Positions 11,852 through 26,376 of a stretch of 64,000 bases of DNA are shown piece after piece; positions within the stretch are counted from its first letter, which is position 1; each line of letters opens with the position of its first letter. Position numbers and translations under genes: made by a program. The DNA lies in assembly GCF_003704095.1 (NCBI RefSeq), contig NW_020846126.1, positions 1 to 64,000 of the forward strand. The letters are read 5' to 3'. Below the pieces are notes generated by a model. The model made no database searches. It was not told the origin of the DNA and saw nothing but the letters and a program-made list of their open reading frames with translations. Source of the DNA: Pocillopora damicornis (lineage: Eukaryota).

Positions 11852-13872
11852 AGTTGCAACCTTTGGGAATAAAATCAAACTAAACTGGAAACGCTTGCTT
11901 AATTTTGTGATCTGGTAGATTCCTCTGACAATGTTTCCCTTGTGAGAAGCCACGGGCAAAAAAATATAAAGTAAACCGACGTGTACACTCTGAAAGATGA
12001 AATTCAGGCTACTTCGCAGATGAACTTAGAGCTTTGTCGTCAAACACGCAACTCTCAATATCCTGTCATAGAACAACAAAAATATTCCGGTTACAGAGAG
12101 TAAAGTTTCTTGCCCTCTTTGACTTGGAATAAATGTTGTTTGCTCTGGGAAAACATTTCTTCTTGTGTTGCATAAGGAGCACTTGTAAATAACAAGTTGA
12201 TCTTGTAAAGTTTCCTGTTGCTAATTGTGGATAATGGTGGTTACGCTCTCACATTTGACTTGCACATTTTATTTCTGACAGTGTACACATCTGCTGTATT
12301 GTATTTACATTTCTCAATATTTAAAAGCCTCCTGGTTTGCGTTTTTTTGTAACCAATACTGCATGTACTTTGCTATTGTGCTCAAATATATATCGCCAGA
12401 CCAGTTTTACAGAATCGGTCATAACAAAGCTTGGATAAAGGTCAAAAACAAAGTTAAAGGAGGAAATGATCGGAGACGAAAACAATTATTAAGATTTACG
12501 GACATGAACTAAAACTTCAATGAATCTGAATTGCAAATTAACGACCAAGTTTTTCAGATTTCAATATTTATTTTTATGTTCCGCTGCCAATCAATTTAAA
12601 ACTGAACAACGTATAAGTTGTCTAGGAAACATTACTATTTTCTAAACGACGATTAAAATGACAAAGGGAAAACTGTTAACGATAGTTTTCTTTCTTGCTT
12701 TTCTCTAGATACAATACGGTCTTATAGCGTCTGTTCATTATGTTAACAATGATTTTTACTGCCTAGACGATAGGATCATCTCTGGCTCCAGCCACACAAA
12801 TGTATTTTATTTGAAAACGCATTTCTTCTGATTCATTGTCGCTTATTGTTCACATGAAATTGTCAATGAGAACGGAGCGTTCTAAAAAGGTCTTAAAACT
12901 GGCATAATGATATTTCATCGTTTAAGTTGGCACTAAAACAGATACTTTTTTACCCGCTGTACTTATGTGAGCAAGGCCCTACAGGGGTCCTCACAGCATA
13001 TTATCTGACACTGTCTGCCAGTCCGAAAAAAGAAATAAAAGTTACATACTACAATATTTTATTCACAGCTTTCGAGCTTAATTTATTTTTAATTTTTGTT
13101 CTCTTTCTAACAGTTAATCTATAAATAAACTGACAATACGATTTAAATCATCTACTTGATTGACTGAAATATAGCTCCTGTGAAATTAAGTTCTATTTTT
13201 TCAAAACGCTTTAGGAAGCCAACGCGGTAGAGCTAAGCAGCTAACTGTGTGAAAAGGAATTGTGATTGTGTGTGTGTGAAAATATATGGCGTTTTCCAAA
13301 CCCTGAATGATCCTGATCGAGAGCTGCTTAATTGATGAAGGTCTGGAACTGAGATTAGACTTAATCCTGCTGGTGTATTGCACCAGTTGTAAAAGTTGCG
13401 GTGATAGGCTCATTTAAGCGTATGTAATCTTTTTGGAACTTCAGGAAGTGGAAATCCAGACTATCTGAGGTCTTAATATTACAAAGTTTTCTGTCCGATT
13501 TTTGACAAGCGAAAAAAAGTTAATTTAGTCCCTATTATTTTTTAATTAAATGATTGCTTAACTCGAACTTGGAGTTACAGAGAAGGAAAATATAGAGAAT
13601 AACAACACCTTTCTCCTCCGATGAGTTCATTTACTCATTTCAAGCTCTGCTGCGATACTACTTAATTTAGCATGCTCTTTTTAGCAAATAAAACAAAACA
13701 GTTGAACTGTTCTCACTGCTTTTTGCTTATGGTGAAAAACAAACAAACAAAAAAAATTGAGACAAACTCGGGGTCGTTAGACTAAGATTTTAAATTGCAA
13801 ATGCTTAATGTACGGTTCTCAAGAAGACTTGCTATTTTACCAGAAAAATCGATTTTTCTTCCTTATCTCAGG

Positions 13873-16540
13873 TTAGTGATTTTTCAAACCCTCAAAGAGT
13901 TTCGGTCTAAAGTCTTTCATTCTCTGCAAGCCGACAGCTGACGGAAATCTTCGTTTCCTCGGTTTTCGGTCCAGCAATACAAAGCGAGTGCTCCGCCGGT
14001 TACTTCTACCATTTTGATTTCCTCTGACTTTCTTGGTGGTGCCGCCATGTTTCAACGCGATGAAAAAGTCGCCATTCTTGAAAGTAAAAAACTCCTTCTC
14101 TAACTGTACTCTGAAAATGGATCTGATCTGGTCTGGATGAATCTAGGAAAAAATATTGGACACCCAGTAAGCGTTTCACTCATAGCAACTTAGATGTAAG
14201 TAGTCGCATAAAGAAAAATTGTTTAGTGGGTAGTACTTTGGTAACTATATCTGATTGCATAGTAGGAAAACCATCACCAGATTAGTTAGAAGACAGTAGT
14301 TCCGAATTGAATCACTCCCGAATCTGGAAAGAAAATGATATTTCTCATCAGAAATTCTCACCTGGCTGACGAGGGTTCCATTTATCCCCATAGCGAGATA
14401 TCTTTCAGTGGCCACGCCTTTTATCCGCACACTGCAGTTGTCGACAACTTCCATCGCCAGTTTTGCTGTAAAATGAAACAAACCAAACGGATAAGCATAT
14501 TGATCAGTTTGAGGATCAGTTTGAAGCTTAAAAGATACAATCATGACTTAAAAGGCTACTGAAAATAAAGTTGCAATGTATTTTAAGAATAATGTTGGAA
14601 ATTGCTAAATTGACCAACACTGCTGTAGAAATTGAACACGTTTAGCGAATTGCATTCATGATGTCCAAGCTGTGAGGTACAAAGCAATATCGAATCAAGA
14701 TAACTAAACTTGGACTTCAGCATAAAATCCAATATATTTACTAAATATATCTTGAGATCTCAGAAATTGACGCAATAGAGAAATGTGATCCACCTCTCGA
14801 CTTTTGTCTGGTGACAATAAGTTACTTATATGGTTTAGAATGTTGAATTACTTCTCCAAAACTTTCGTCTACTCTCAAACGCGAGAAATTTTATACGAGA
14901 GGGTTAATTTTCGAGAAAAAGACTTCAATTCCACGCGAGTGTTAAGAGTAAAGCAAAAAATAGTGCATATTCGTCAGCGTCTGAAAATTTCTAATTCGTA
15001 CGATCATTCTCCAGAAATTAATTAAAAAAGTTATCTCACTTGGAAAAAAAAATTTCCGGTGCCCAAGTTAGAGCCACAAAACTGCAGACGATAATTGACA
15101 GGTGTAGCTTTGCGTTAAGTTCATTCTTGATCTGTCACTTGTAAGGCGGCCGCTACTCCTCTTTAATTCAAACAGGATATTCGTAGCGGCGGTCAGTTTT
15201 AGAAATTAATGATGAAATGCGTTCCGTAAAAGCGTTCTTTTCATAGGTGCACTCATAAAAATGATGACAAAGAAACTTATCCATGGCTCAGTACTGGGCG
15301 GGAGAACATACGAAGGCTAAGGAAAAACTACCTGCTTCCGAATTACATCGTAATAATAATAAAATAACCCTTATGTAATTGACTTCGCAACTGTTATGTT
15401 AAATCTGAGTCCGTCGGTGTCCAAATTTGCTGCATACGTTGGATTTGCGTCACTGAGCAGAATAACATCATAACACATTCAAATTGTTTACTTGTAACAA
15501 GACATTAACAAACGGGAAAACAAAGCCGACAGAGAGTTTGATATTGTAGATTAAACATTTGACGAAAAGCCGACAAATATCTGTTTGTTTTCACGGTTTG
15601 CGGTTTTCTGATTACTAACTAGATGCGTACCAAAATTACACTCAGCTAAGAAACGCGTGAGAAAATGATTCGCAAATGCATGATTTTTAATTGAACCTAA
15701 CAGTAAACACTCGAGCTGCGAAGTACAGCCACGGAAAATGGATATGAGGTAAATGAACTTCCCTTGGGGTAGTGTTTCTTGAAGTCACTCTGGGTGAGAT
15801 GACTACATGCTGAGCTTCATGCTGGGATATCTGCGTAAGAGCTCACCTCCCCAGCCAAGTTCTAAAGGAATACACCCTGTGACTTTGGTAAACACACCAG
15901 AACACTAAAACACTCTCTTGCCGAGTGCAAGCCAAGGAGAACTAAAACTTACAAAACATTTGTAATAACCGTACTTAAGTGATTATGATTAATCTAAATG
16001 CAAAGGTATGTAAGCTTGAAATCTGCAGTAAAACGTTTACTAAACACGAAGATTTCATTGTTGGACTTTCCGTATGTCGGAAGTCGTAGCTCGTGCATAC
16101 TTTCTTTGCTTTGCGTGCAATTGCTATTTGATTTAGCCGACAGCTTGCTGATCCCGAGTTAAAGTAAATGAACCAAGGTCATGTCAGATGGATCAAATCG
16201 AAAATTTGAATAAGATAAGAAGCTTACTGTGTTCATGAACACTCAGAGTTCCGTTAATGGTGCCGTCCGGTAAAATCTGCAGAAACATCATGGCGCGGAC
16301 AGACCACAAGGAGCGTGGCAGGGCCCAGCCGGGGGGAAGAATCGGAAAAATCGGTTGTTTACACAGTGCATGGTCGACTTGAGGAGTCTTCGGTATGGAT
16401 TTTTTCGGTTGAGATCTTGTGGTTGTGACTTCATTGACATTTTTTCTTGCAATGTGTTGATTTGCGGATTGTAGTGAAGCATTTGACAGAATTAAAATGA
16501 CCAGGATGACGGTGCGTCGCACCACATTCGATAGAGACAT
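13873..16540 (-). CDS. Secreted fibroblast growth factor (FGF family), 3 coding exons, about 228 aa
   Basis: Exons 16540-16228 (signal peptide VILVILILSNA; FLQILPDGTINGT), 14465-14362 (104 nt, the canonical FGF middle-exon length; VRIKGVATERYLAMGINGTL) and 14142-13873 (FFIALKHGG...STRF). Intron phases 1 and 0, as in canonical FGFs. Subfamily not assignable by eye. Confidence 0.9.
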
Positions 16541-19500
16541 GTTTCCAGAGAGAAAGTACTGCTGCAAATAAAATGCCTTTATGAAATCAACCCCAGTTTT
16601 ATGCAGGATTCAAAGGCGTCCCAATATCAGTGGAATGCAGCATTCTCACTAACAGCTGGATCAGTGAATTGAAGAATCAATGATATTAGCCTCGAAGAAT
16701 TCAGTGGGAAATTTGAGAAAAATTGATGAACAAAATCAAAGCGAGAGAACTAAAACTGGTCAGGAAATAATCATACCTGAAGTAAACAAAGTGAGAGACT
16801 TCAAAAGCGTAGCGACAATTTTTCAGCAGCAACTGTTCACTGCTTAGGCTGGACAGAGTACGTGTCAAACTTCCTTAGCAGGAACATGTAAATCGCATTT
16901 ACAGTCACTTATAAGTGCAGAGTTTTCAAAAGTCACTTGACAGTTCGACGTGCGAATTGATCTTCCTATCACGTTGTTTTGACAGTAATTTCTAAGTAGG
17001 ATCTGCGGTTCTTTTAAGAGGTCCCCTACAGAACTTTGGTTCGAGCAAGACCTTCCGAGTCTGATACAACTGAACTTCTAGAGCCTCTTAAATTCTTCTT
17101 ACAGAGAAAGCCAAAAAAATTGGAATGAAAACCACAGCGGGCGCTGTTTCCGTTTAGAAAACAATGGTTCCGTTCTTTTGTTGTGTGTCAATGAGATTGG
17201 CTTGTTCTTTGTAGCGTGTTGTGGAGAGGTTCGTATTAATTATGGCACTCTTTTCACACTGTTTCACGCCATGAACATGCAATTGACACCTACGAAAACG
17301 CTTTCAGCTTTTTAATGACTCGTTGCTGGACAAGTCGCAATCAAAAATCAGTGAAAAGGCGGGAACCGTCTTGATAACGACTTCGAAACAGGAAATTCTA
17401 ACAACAATCACGAGAAAGAAATTTCGAGGGAAAAGAAAGATAACGAGTTAGTGTGACAAAAGAACTATCAGGGGGGCGGAGAAGTGAAATGTAGGGGCGC
17501 ACGTTTCTTAGTTTTGTTAGAACAGGACTAGTCGCCATTCACGCGCGATGAATGATTTTGCGCGCTAGAAGGCTTAGAAATCAGTGGCAATTGTTATCAA
17601 CGGACCCTCAAACGCTCTGATTGGAAGGCGATAACGCTGAAGTCTTACAAGCGTCTCTTAAAGCAAAGTACATCAGCAAAACGCCAATAATTTTGTCCAA
17701 AAGTTATTTAAACTATGTTAACGCGTGATGTGTTAAAACGCTAACAAAGGAACGATTATGAATGGCTTCGTTTTCAACTTGAAGACTTTGCCTAAAGAGA
17801 TTTATTTAATCAAAGGGCGGAGAGCACTCGGTAGCTAATTGAACTGATTCATTCACACTTTCCACAAAAACTGTAATGAACGAGCCATTGTTTACAGTAG
17901 CCCATGCATAACAAGAAATTACTCTAGTAAATTTCCTGTCACAAACTATACATATTTTGATGTAAGCATCTCAACTACACTTCCTATTCCTAAAGTAAAT
18001 TAGCCTTCTTGAGGAGGCCTCTTGCAACGCTTCCTGCCTTTGAAAAGTGATCTGATATCACAGAAAGGATTATGGATGACATTCACGCACAAAATTAGGC
18101 AATTCAATAACAAGATATAACTCGACCGCTCTAGACTAGGGAGGAGACGATCGCAGTTCAACAACTCTTTGCACAAACAGGTCCGATCTGTTCTTACCGC
18201 TCTTCCCGTTCAATATGAAAGTATCTTTTGGCAAACCCACACAAGCCCTTTTCGTCTGCGTCCTTTTTTTGGTATAATTTAAAGAAAAATGACTAGAAAA
18301 AGACAAATTTTACAGGCCGTTCCGCTTTCATTAAAGGCACGGGAAGTTCAAGGTTTTTCGAAAGGCAAGGCTGGACTGTTAAAATAAAACTCACTTGTTA
18401 TGACTTTAAAAAAATACAGTGTCTGTAGACTCCTGACACTTACAGTGCGTTTGTTTAACGAACTTCCAGGCAGTTTCTTGAGTTGCAGCTTTTAACTATC
18501 ATTGTAGACGTCAAAATGAACGAACATTCGTCACCGTCAATTTAAAGTAGCGCACAATATGAAAAACACGTCTGGATAACTTTGGTCTAAAACCTATTCC
18601 TTGAAATACACTATATCAGTAAACGAATGGAAAACAACAGGTCATTGCTACATAAGATTTACACCAACTAAGCCAAATATTATCCTTATGAATTAAAAAT
18701 GAAATACGTAGACGTTATCCCTCCCTCATAAGCTGTTAGAACATCAAAGGTTGTGTTCAAGCTAACACTTACGTTGTCTACCTGAGCTAGTATTTTGATT
18801 ATCCACCGGGTTAAAACCGAATCCCGACAAGGAATGTTGTCACGACTATTCTGCCTCCTTTGTCTTTTAATTATAAACCGGAATGAATCCCCTAGATATT
18901 TCCAACACATTTTATCCTTTTTTCAGCTTTGGTATTGAATCGATGAAATTTTAAAGATACCCCGTTTAAGTCTCTATTTCAGAATGAATTGATAGTAAAG
19001 TAACATAAACATTTTTTACAATCGCAAACCTACTACAGGTTGTACCCGGATAGTTATCGCAATGACGTCATATCATAGACTACAACTGTGTAATCATTAA
19101 AGACGAAGAATAACAACCACCGAAAAAATGGTAAACAAAGGAAAGGGTAGCGAATTTTGGATAATGAAAAACTCTGAGTTTCCTGAAACATGGCAATCCG
19201 GAAAGCCATTAAATTCTACCACGCCTACGCGTTTTCAGCCCACACGAGTTTATGACGGTTTCGTAGCTTTCGATTGAACGGAAATAAAAAGTAATGTCGA
19301 GTTAAACAGAAACTTCTTCACCAAGCAAATTCATAAAGATTGGTCGGTAACAAAGGGAAATTTTTCTCTTTAAACGACCAAGCACATCTGTTTTTTATAC
19401 TCAAGTCATTAAAGAATCGCATTTCACAAAGTTTCATGTTCTTAGTGCAAATTTCAAGTTAGAATGAACACTCTGCACAGATATTGATAAGACATTGTGG

Positions 19501-19989
19501 CGCATAAACTGCAAAGAACACCGAGAGATCGTATCATCCACCTTTTGAGACACATACTTCAAAGAACACGTGACAATGAACTTTCTAGTTACCCGCGAGG
19601 CAACATGAAACACAAGTCACGTAACACAGAAGGCGGCTTTCCCTTGCACGAGTTACCTCTCGCTTAGCACAAATCAGAACGCTCACTTTTTATTCATAAG
19701 AGAGACTCATGAAAATATAATTTATTACACACGAACACTACATTATTTTGCTTTTTTTATATATATTGCACATAGACCAAGTATCTGTGTGATTGTTGAA
19801 ATTACAGATATTTAAAATTGACAAATTCCATCTTCATTTTCTATCTTCTATCTTTCATTCCTAAGAAAAGAATTCTCGAGCGAATAAAAGAGGATAACCT
19901 GAACTTAGTCCCTCGCCTGCAAGGTTCTTACATGAAGCTTTTAAGTATAGTTACGTCCAGTCGTGTCAGCTCGGTAAAAAACTTGGCAG

Positions 19990-22900
19990 CTACAGGAAAA
20001 CTTTAACAAGACCAGGGTGTGGTTCGGTAAACCTTTAAAGGTAGAAAGAAACATCAGTTAAGGTTAAATCAAGCTCTATGTAGCATTAAAGCAGTCCCCC
20101 CCCCCCCTCACATCCTGTTTTGAACCTTATTGGGAAAAAAAAGGAAACATTCTTACAACAACTTAGTTCCCACCCCTTCCCTTGCATGTCTTGTTCAGAA
20201 GAAAATTGAAGACCAAGCTACCAAGGCACAACTACGGGCTATAAACCAAGTCTTCCTACCTGTAGTTGTGTTTTTTGAGATACTCAATGATGGCAGGTTT
20301 TATTCGGGCTTTACCACCGCGACTGTGATTTCCTCTTCCTGTTACAACATTGAGGAACTTGCAACCTTTCCTAGCCAAACTACTACAAGAGTCTAAAGAA
20401 AAAGGCAAAAATGTCTTTGTCTCTCGGTAGACGGCTTGAGTCACTATACAACTACAAAAACGAACATTATCATCAGTTGATCTATTTTAACGCTTTTTTG
20501 TGCGTCAGAAGATTTCGATAGCAAACCGCACTTCCACCTGGCTTTCTTGAAATACGATCATATTATCGAACATTATAAGAATATATTCTTTTAGGCGGAT
20601 ATATAACCAGAGTCAAAGCAACCACTATAACAGTGCCGCCTAAACAAAATGACCATGTCATTAAATGTAAGAGGCATAGTAAGTTTTCTTGGCACTGAAT
20701 CAACTTCACATTTCCTTTGAAAACGTACCAATCCGTTCGCTCAACATGTTTTCAAGAGCTTCAATGGCCTCTGTAACGTGCAAACCATGTAAATCAATGG
20801 TGTTATCGTCCGTCAACTCATTCCTGAAGTAAAAAAGAAAGGCAAAATGTACCACATTATGTGATATGCCGACCAAATATGCCTTCTGAGAATCTTGCCA
20901 AAATATTTGTTCTTCATCCAACCCTAGCTTCCCAAAAGAGTCACAAGAAGTCATTTTTTTAAAGAACAATAAAAAAAATGATTGATATGATTGTACTAAG
21001 ACACGTCTAAGATTACGCACAATTGCTCTCTTTTTTTCTCTGATCCGCTGCGCTGACATTCTTCCGATGTCTATGATGGCAATATGACAGTGGAGGAGCA
21101 AACAACACCAAATTTCTCAGTAGCATGTGAATATAAGAAATATGCCGGTGTGTTTAACATGTTTATCTTACTTTTGATCCAGAATTAATGCCGCTGCACG
21201 TGCATTGGCTTCTTTTATTTTCTCGGTGTGCAAGTGACCCTGCAATGATAGAGAGAAAGAAAAAAGAGCAAACAAAATTATATTAGCCGTGTTTATGGGC
21301 GATCGTGTTTTCCTCTCAAAGACCCAGAAATTGATTATAAGTAATATTTACTTAGCTGTGGAACTAACAGATTTTTTTCACAATGTGGCAGTTTGTTGAG
21401 TTTTGATTGCTACCAAACTTTGAGTTCGATGTTTTTGATGATATCCTAAGTGTAACTGTGGTAGAAGGGGAAGAGCACGTGCGTCTTTTAAGGTGTTTTT
21501 TGGAGGCTGTTTCGCCAGTCAAAGGAAAACGTATGGCTGCTAAGGACCCCGCCAAAAGAGCAACACGAAATTCATTTAAGTTCTAAATAGGCATCAACTG
21601 AACATATCAATTTATGATGGAGATATAATCTTATTTGTTATTTTTAGTTGGTGGTGACACTATAGCTTTCTTTGTGTTTTGGTTGTTGTGGTTGTTTTGG
21701 CGGCATCCGCACATACCTGCTGGGCATAAAACTGTGCCAGCTGCCCTTGTTTCTTGGAGAAGGCCAGTGCAGCTTTCTTAAAACACTCATCCCTTAAATT
21801 GTAATGTTGAAATGCTTCAGCGCGGTAATCCAGGTAGCTTGGATCCTCAAGAGTCTGGAAGGAGGATACGTCCGAGTTTGGCCGAGAAGGCACTGAAAAC
21901 ACAAATATCCGCACAAACGTGAAAAAGGCGAAATTCTGACGCAACTAAAATTTGATACGTTCAAAAGTCTTGCACATCGGTTCACAGAATTTTATACTAG
22001 TAGGGTGCTTGTTTGTATAGTAAATTCAAAGCAACTCTATAACATCGGAACCTATCAGAGCGACCAAATGAGCTCCAAAATCGATTGAAATCCCTCACCG
22101 TCCAAGTCTAACCAGCTCCAGTCTTCAGCCCTTTCCTGGCAAAAAGAAAATCGAGATAGAAGTCGCGACAATTCGTAATCGGGATACCACATGTAACAAA
22201 TGATAAGTTGTACCTCTTTTGTTGCTTTTTTATCAACAAACCGGCCGCTAAACCCTGATGCAATAACAGTGGTAGGAGCGTCTTGACCAGACAAATTACA
22301 AGACGCTTTCACAGCTTCTACTGATGGAGCCAATTCAAACCTGTGAAAATAAATGAGATTTCTTCATTAAACTGACATAGCTGACTATTTCTGAAAGTTG
22401 GTTGAAAAGCGCACAAAAATCATACCCATTTGCTTGAAAGACTTCCTCCAATGCTACAGGATCTACGCCAGGGAACATTTCAAAAAGCTTCTGCTTCTTT
22501 AGTTTCGTTGCCATATCTTGCTCAGTCACATTAGGCAGCTTAGTCACAAGAAAAATCAACTAATTACAAGGCTGGCGGGAACCAGAAACGACTGAATTTA
22601 ACTTTGAATTGGTCATAAAACGCACACCTACATTTCTGCTGAGTTCCACAGCCAGTTGTTCATCCATTATCTCTCTCAAGGTTCCTGTTGCTTGAGGTTC
22701 TGTGGGGAAACGAGGAGTTGACTGCTGAATGTCGGGGATCTGATCTCTATCCAACTGGTTGTTAACGGTTGGTTTCCCTTTCGCCCTCTGTTTACATCCT
22801 AAAGAGTCCATAAAATAATTTACTTTTGAATACAATAAAAAAGTGATTGAAAGAAAATCGATCATCATTAGAAGTGAACTTCCGAACGCTTAAGTATCAT

Positions 22901-25900
22901 ATTTCATCGTGTCACGTTCAGCAGGACTCGTTCTTTATCGTAGAAAAAACACGCTAAAACTAACAATTGTTCTTCTTACCTAAACCAGCAACAGGTATCC
23001 CCTTTCTTGTCTAAAATGACAAAAACTTTGATACTTAAAAAACATAAAGCACATTTGCACAGTTTACAAATGGTTATCAAATGACTAGTACCGGTGATGA
23101 GAGTGAATGTGATGTAATGAAAAATGAACAGTTTTTTACTCAATATTTGAGTAATTGCTTCTGAACGTGTAACTTACATAGTGCTCACATGTTAGGCGTT
23201 AATAGTAGCAAATTTCTGGACGATATTCAGCTCGAAGGCTTTAAACATTAAAGAAAGGCAAAAACGATTTGGCAGCATTTCAGCACATACCTGAATAGTA
23301 TGCTCCCACTTTTTGTACAGCTGTCTTGCTAACGAGCAGTCTACAGCTATGACTAAATCTTCTCTACTAATATTGTCTGCCAAATGGAAATAAAAAATCA
23401 GAAGCAAATTAGTTGTAATCAGAGTTACTTTTACATTTACAATAGCTGAATTAAGCTCTTTTCTTTGGGGTGAAAGTATTCGTAACCGATACTGCAGATT
23501 CCATATCGGTAACGAAGACATAGGAACAGAATCAAAACTAAGCAAAATACTGAAGTAAACTATTCAACAGCTCAAGGTAGCTTTGAGTCTCTTTTCAACT
23601 CATTTACATGAAAAAAATGTCAAGTGTTTTAAGTCTCCTTTCCAACTACTCACTTTAGACTTCTTTCAAAGTCTTCCAATGTACTGTGTCCTCGATACAA
23701 CACGATGCTACTCTACTAAACACAACGAAGAGATATCTCCCTAAAGGATAGAAATTAAAAAATAATAATAATAAGATTGAAAGGTAGTCTTGCCACAGAC
23801 CTTGAAAGTCAACTCCAGCAAACGGACCAAACAGCTCAATCAGGTGCAAGGCAACTGCAGGCTCAAGGGTCAGCTGAAAAGTTGTGTTTGAACGCGGAGA
23901 CTGGGCTTGAGATGATACCTTTGGTGCTAAATACATTTGTGAGGACAGTTCACCAGCGAGTTTGTTGTTTTCACCGCCAACATTGCTTTGTGTTTGAGGT
24001 GCACTAGCGGCATTTACTGTTTCTTCGGTTGGACTCGAAGATTTCTGCGCCACACGGCTCGGAGAGTCAAAGATTTCTTGCTGTGAGGCAAAGTAAAGTG
24101 AATCTGCTGGAAATGTCGATAACTCAGCCGAGGGAGCTTTAGAACGCATGAGTAATTCGTCAACCACTTTCGTTAGATCACCACCCTTCGCGGTCAAAAT
24201 TGCATTCATTAAATCACAGTCCACATCCGGGAAACATGTTTTCAAAAACTCCAGCCCAGCATGCCGCTGATTCTGTGAGTTCTCAGATGAGCTCGGCTGT
24301 AGTGGATTTAGCAAGTAAGGTAGGTTAGACTGGCTCTGTTTACTAGTTGAAACATCTTCATCGAATGTTCTGTCTTTTGGATCCGGATTTCCATCACAAA
24401 CCTCATGTTCCAACGCCTTTTCTGTAAGATTTGGTTCAGAATACAGATGATTACCATTTTCCTGCAGCGGGCTCGCGTTGTCTGTAACAAGCTGCAGTGG
24501 CTCGCTTGTAGATTTTGGACGACTCTTCGACCTCGTTCTCGAGGCCGAGGCCAGAATTTCCGATAGGGGTGGTGGTGTAGGGAAATATTTGCTCTCCGAG
24601 GGTTCTCCAATTTGCGCGTCATTTTCACCTCTGAGAATCGCATCACCGTCAAGGATATTTTTGAGGGGCAGAGACTTACCACTTTCAAGATATTCGTCAC
24701 AATTGACCATTGATGTAATATGCACTTCCTTACTGGCTTCTCCTGTGCACGTCTCGCAAGCGCGTTCATCGTTTTCTTGTTCTTCGTCAACACACTGAAA
24801 ATGATGCCCATTTTCTTCAGGAGAAGTTTGACTAATAAACGAACTGTCTAAGAAAGGGGAGGGTGATGACCGTGACTCTTCCACCGTTTCTACGCCAGGC
24901 CGGCTTTTTTCAAGAGTTCCATCTAAATGGTCAGGTGGAGGAGACGTTCGAGTGTAAGCCAAGGATGCGAGTGCTGATAACTTTTCAACACATGATACCG
25001 CACCGAGTTTTTTGGGTGAAATCCCCTCTCTAGACTTTTCAATCTCGTGGATTATCTCGTGATTTTCATGTGACGTAAAGGTCCCACGGAGTTTATCGCT
25101 TTTGTCACCTTTATAATCAAGTGACGACAACTTTGTGGTGACAGACTGTTGAGTATTTGGCGACCTCTTAATTCTCATCCTTGGGGCTCGTTGTGGCTTA
25201 GGACTAAAACTTGAAATCAAAGCATGTGCTCCTTCTCCAAACTCACCGTTATCAATCCCACGAATTTTAGAATTACATTCACTTTTTTTACTCCCTCCAG
25301 TTTTTGATTTGCAATCAGTTTCCTCAGGCCGATCGAACCCTCTCGTGCTTAACCCCATATGCCCATGAATCCCATCACCTACCGAGGGTGTGTTTGCGCA
25401 TTCTGTGACCTTGGGAGAGCTTATATTTCCGCTCTTTTCCTGTTTTGAAGCAGTTCTTTTACCTGAGGAGACTCTACAGCCCTCCGTTGGACTCGTAATC
25501 AAGTCAGCAGAACCTGTTTGTATAGAGGAAGTTTGTGACCTGGGGCCACCGCTGTAGCTTTTTATATCAATTACCTTTTTAGTCTCAAGTTCGTCCTCAG
25601 TCTTCCTTGCGTCAGTATGTCTCTCAGATTTCTTTAAGGTTTCCACAGAGAGGTTATGTTCATAACGTTCTTTCATTCTTGTAATCGCCGCATAAGTCAC
25701 TCCATGTTGGTTCCGTCTTAAGGGAAAAAAATTAGAGTAGAATCATTTTTTTTTTTACAGGAGCAGACCTTATCAAACAGCTGCCGGATATTGTAGAAGT
25801 GAACTTTGTAAAAGTAATTCAGTCTTCTTACACTGACTGGACACCATTTCTACTCAGCCAGTATTTCGTAAGGTTGGTCCAATTTCTGGCCCTTGAAGGA

Positions 25901-26339
25901 AAGAGCCTGGAGAGAGTTACTGTGAGATAGCAGTATGCACTCCTCAACTAAACTAAAAGTACAATGTTAACAAACCAGAAAAAGCGATGATATTTCCACC
26001 CACCTGACCAGTTCTTTCACATCCCATTTCCATGGAGTGTTAGGTTCAACAATTTTGATGTGGTAGCCATACTTAACTGCCTACGAGAGAGTCATCAAGA
26101 GAGAATAAATCAAATTTTAAACCTGGAAATCAAAGTATTGAACTTTTAAATACTTATTACAATTATATCTTTAGGCATAGATGCTATGACAGGGTCTACC
26201 AACAGAACAAGACAATACCTACCATAGAAATATAAGGTTTCATTTCCCACGACTGTGTATTGGTGTTGTCAATGATCAGTGGGGATTGTTGTGACTCCAT
26301 AGCAGTTTTAGCTGCAGGAAGAAAGTTATTATTATTAAT

Positions 26340-26376
<37 letters not shown>

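Noticed and set aside
24308-24811. Alternative-frame and antisense ORFs overlapping large N4BP2 and SLX4 exons (also 54492-54863, 59201-59530, 60556-61535)
   Set aside because: Shadow ORFs of long low-complexity coding exons, with no recognisable motifs.
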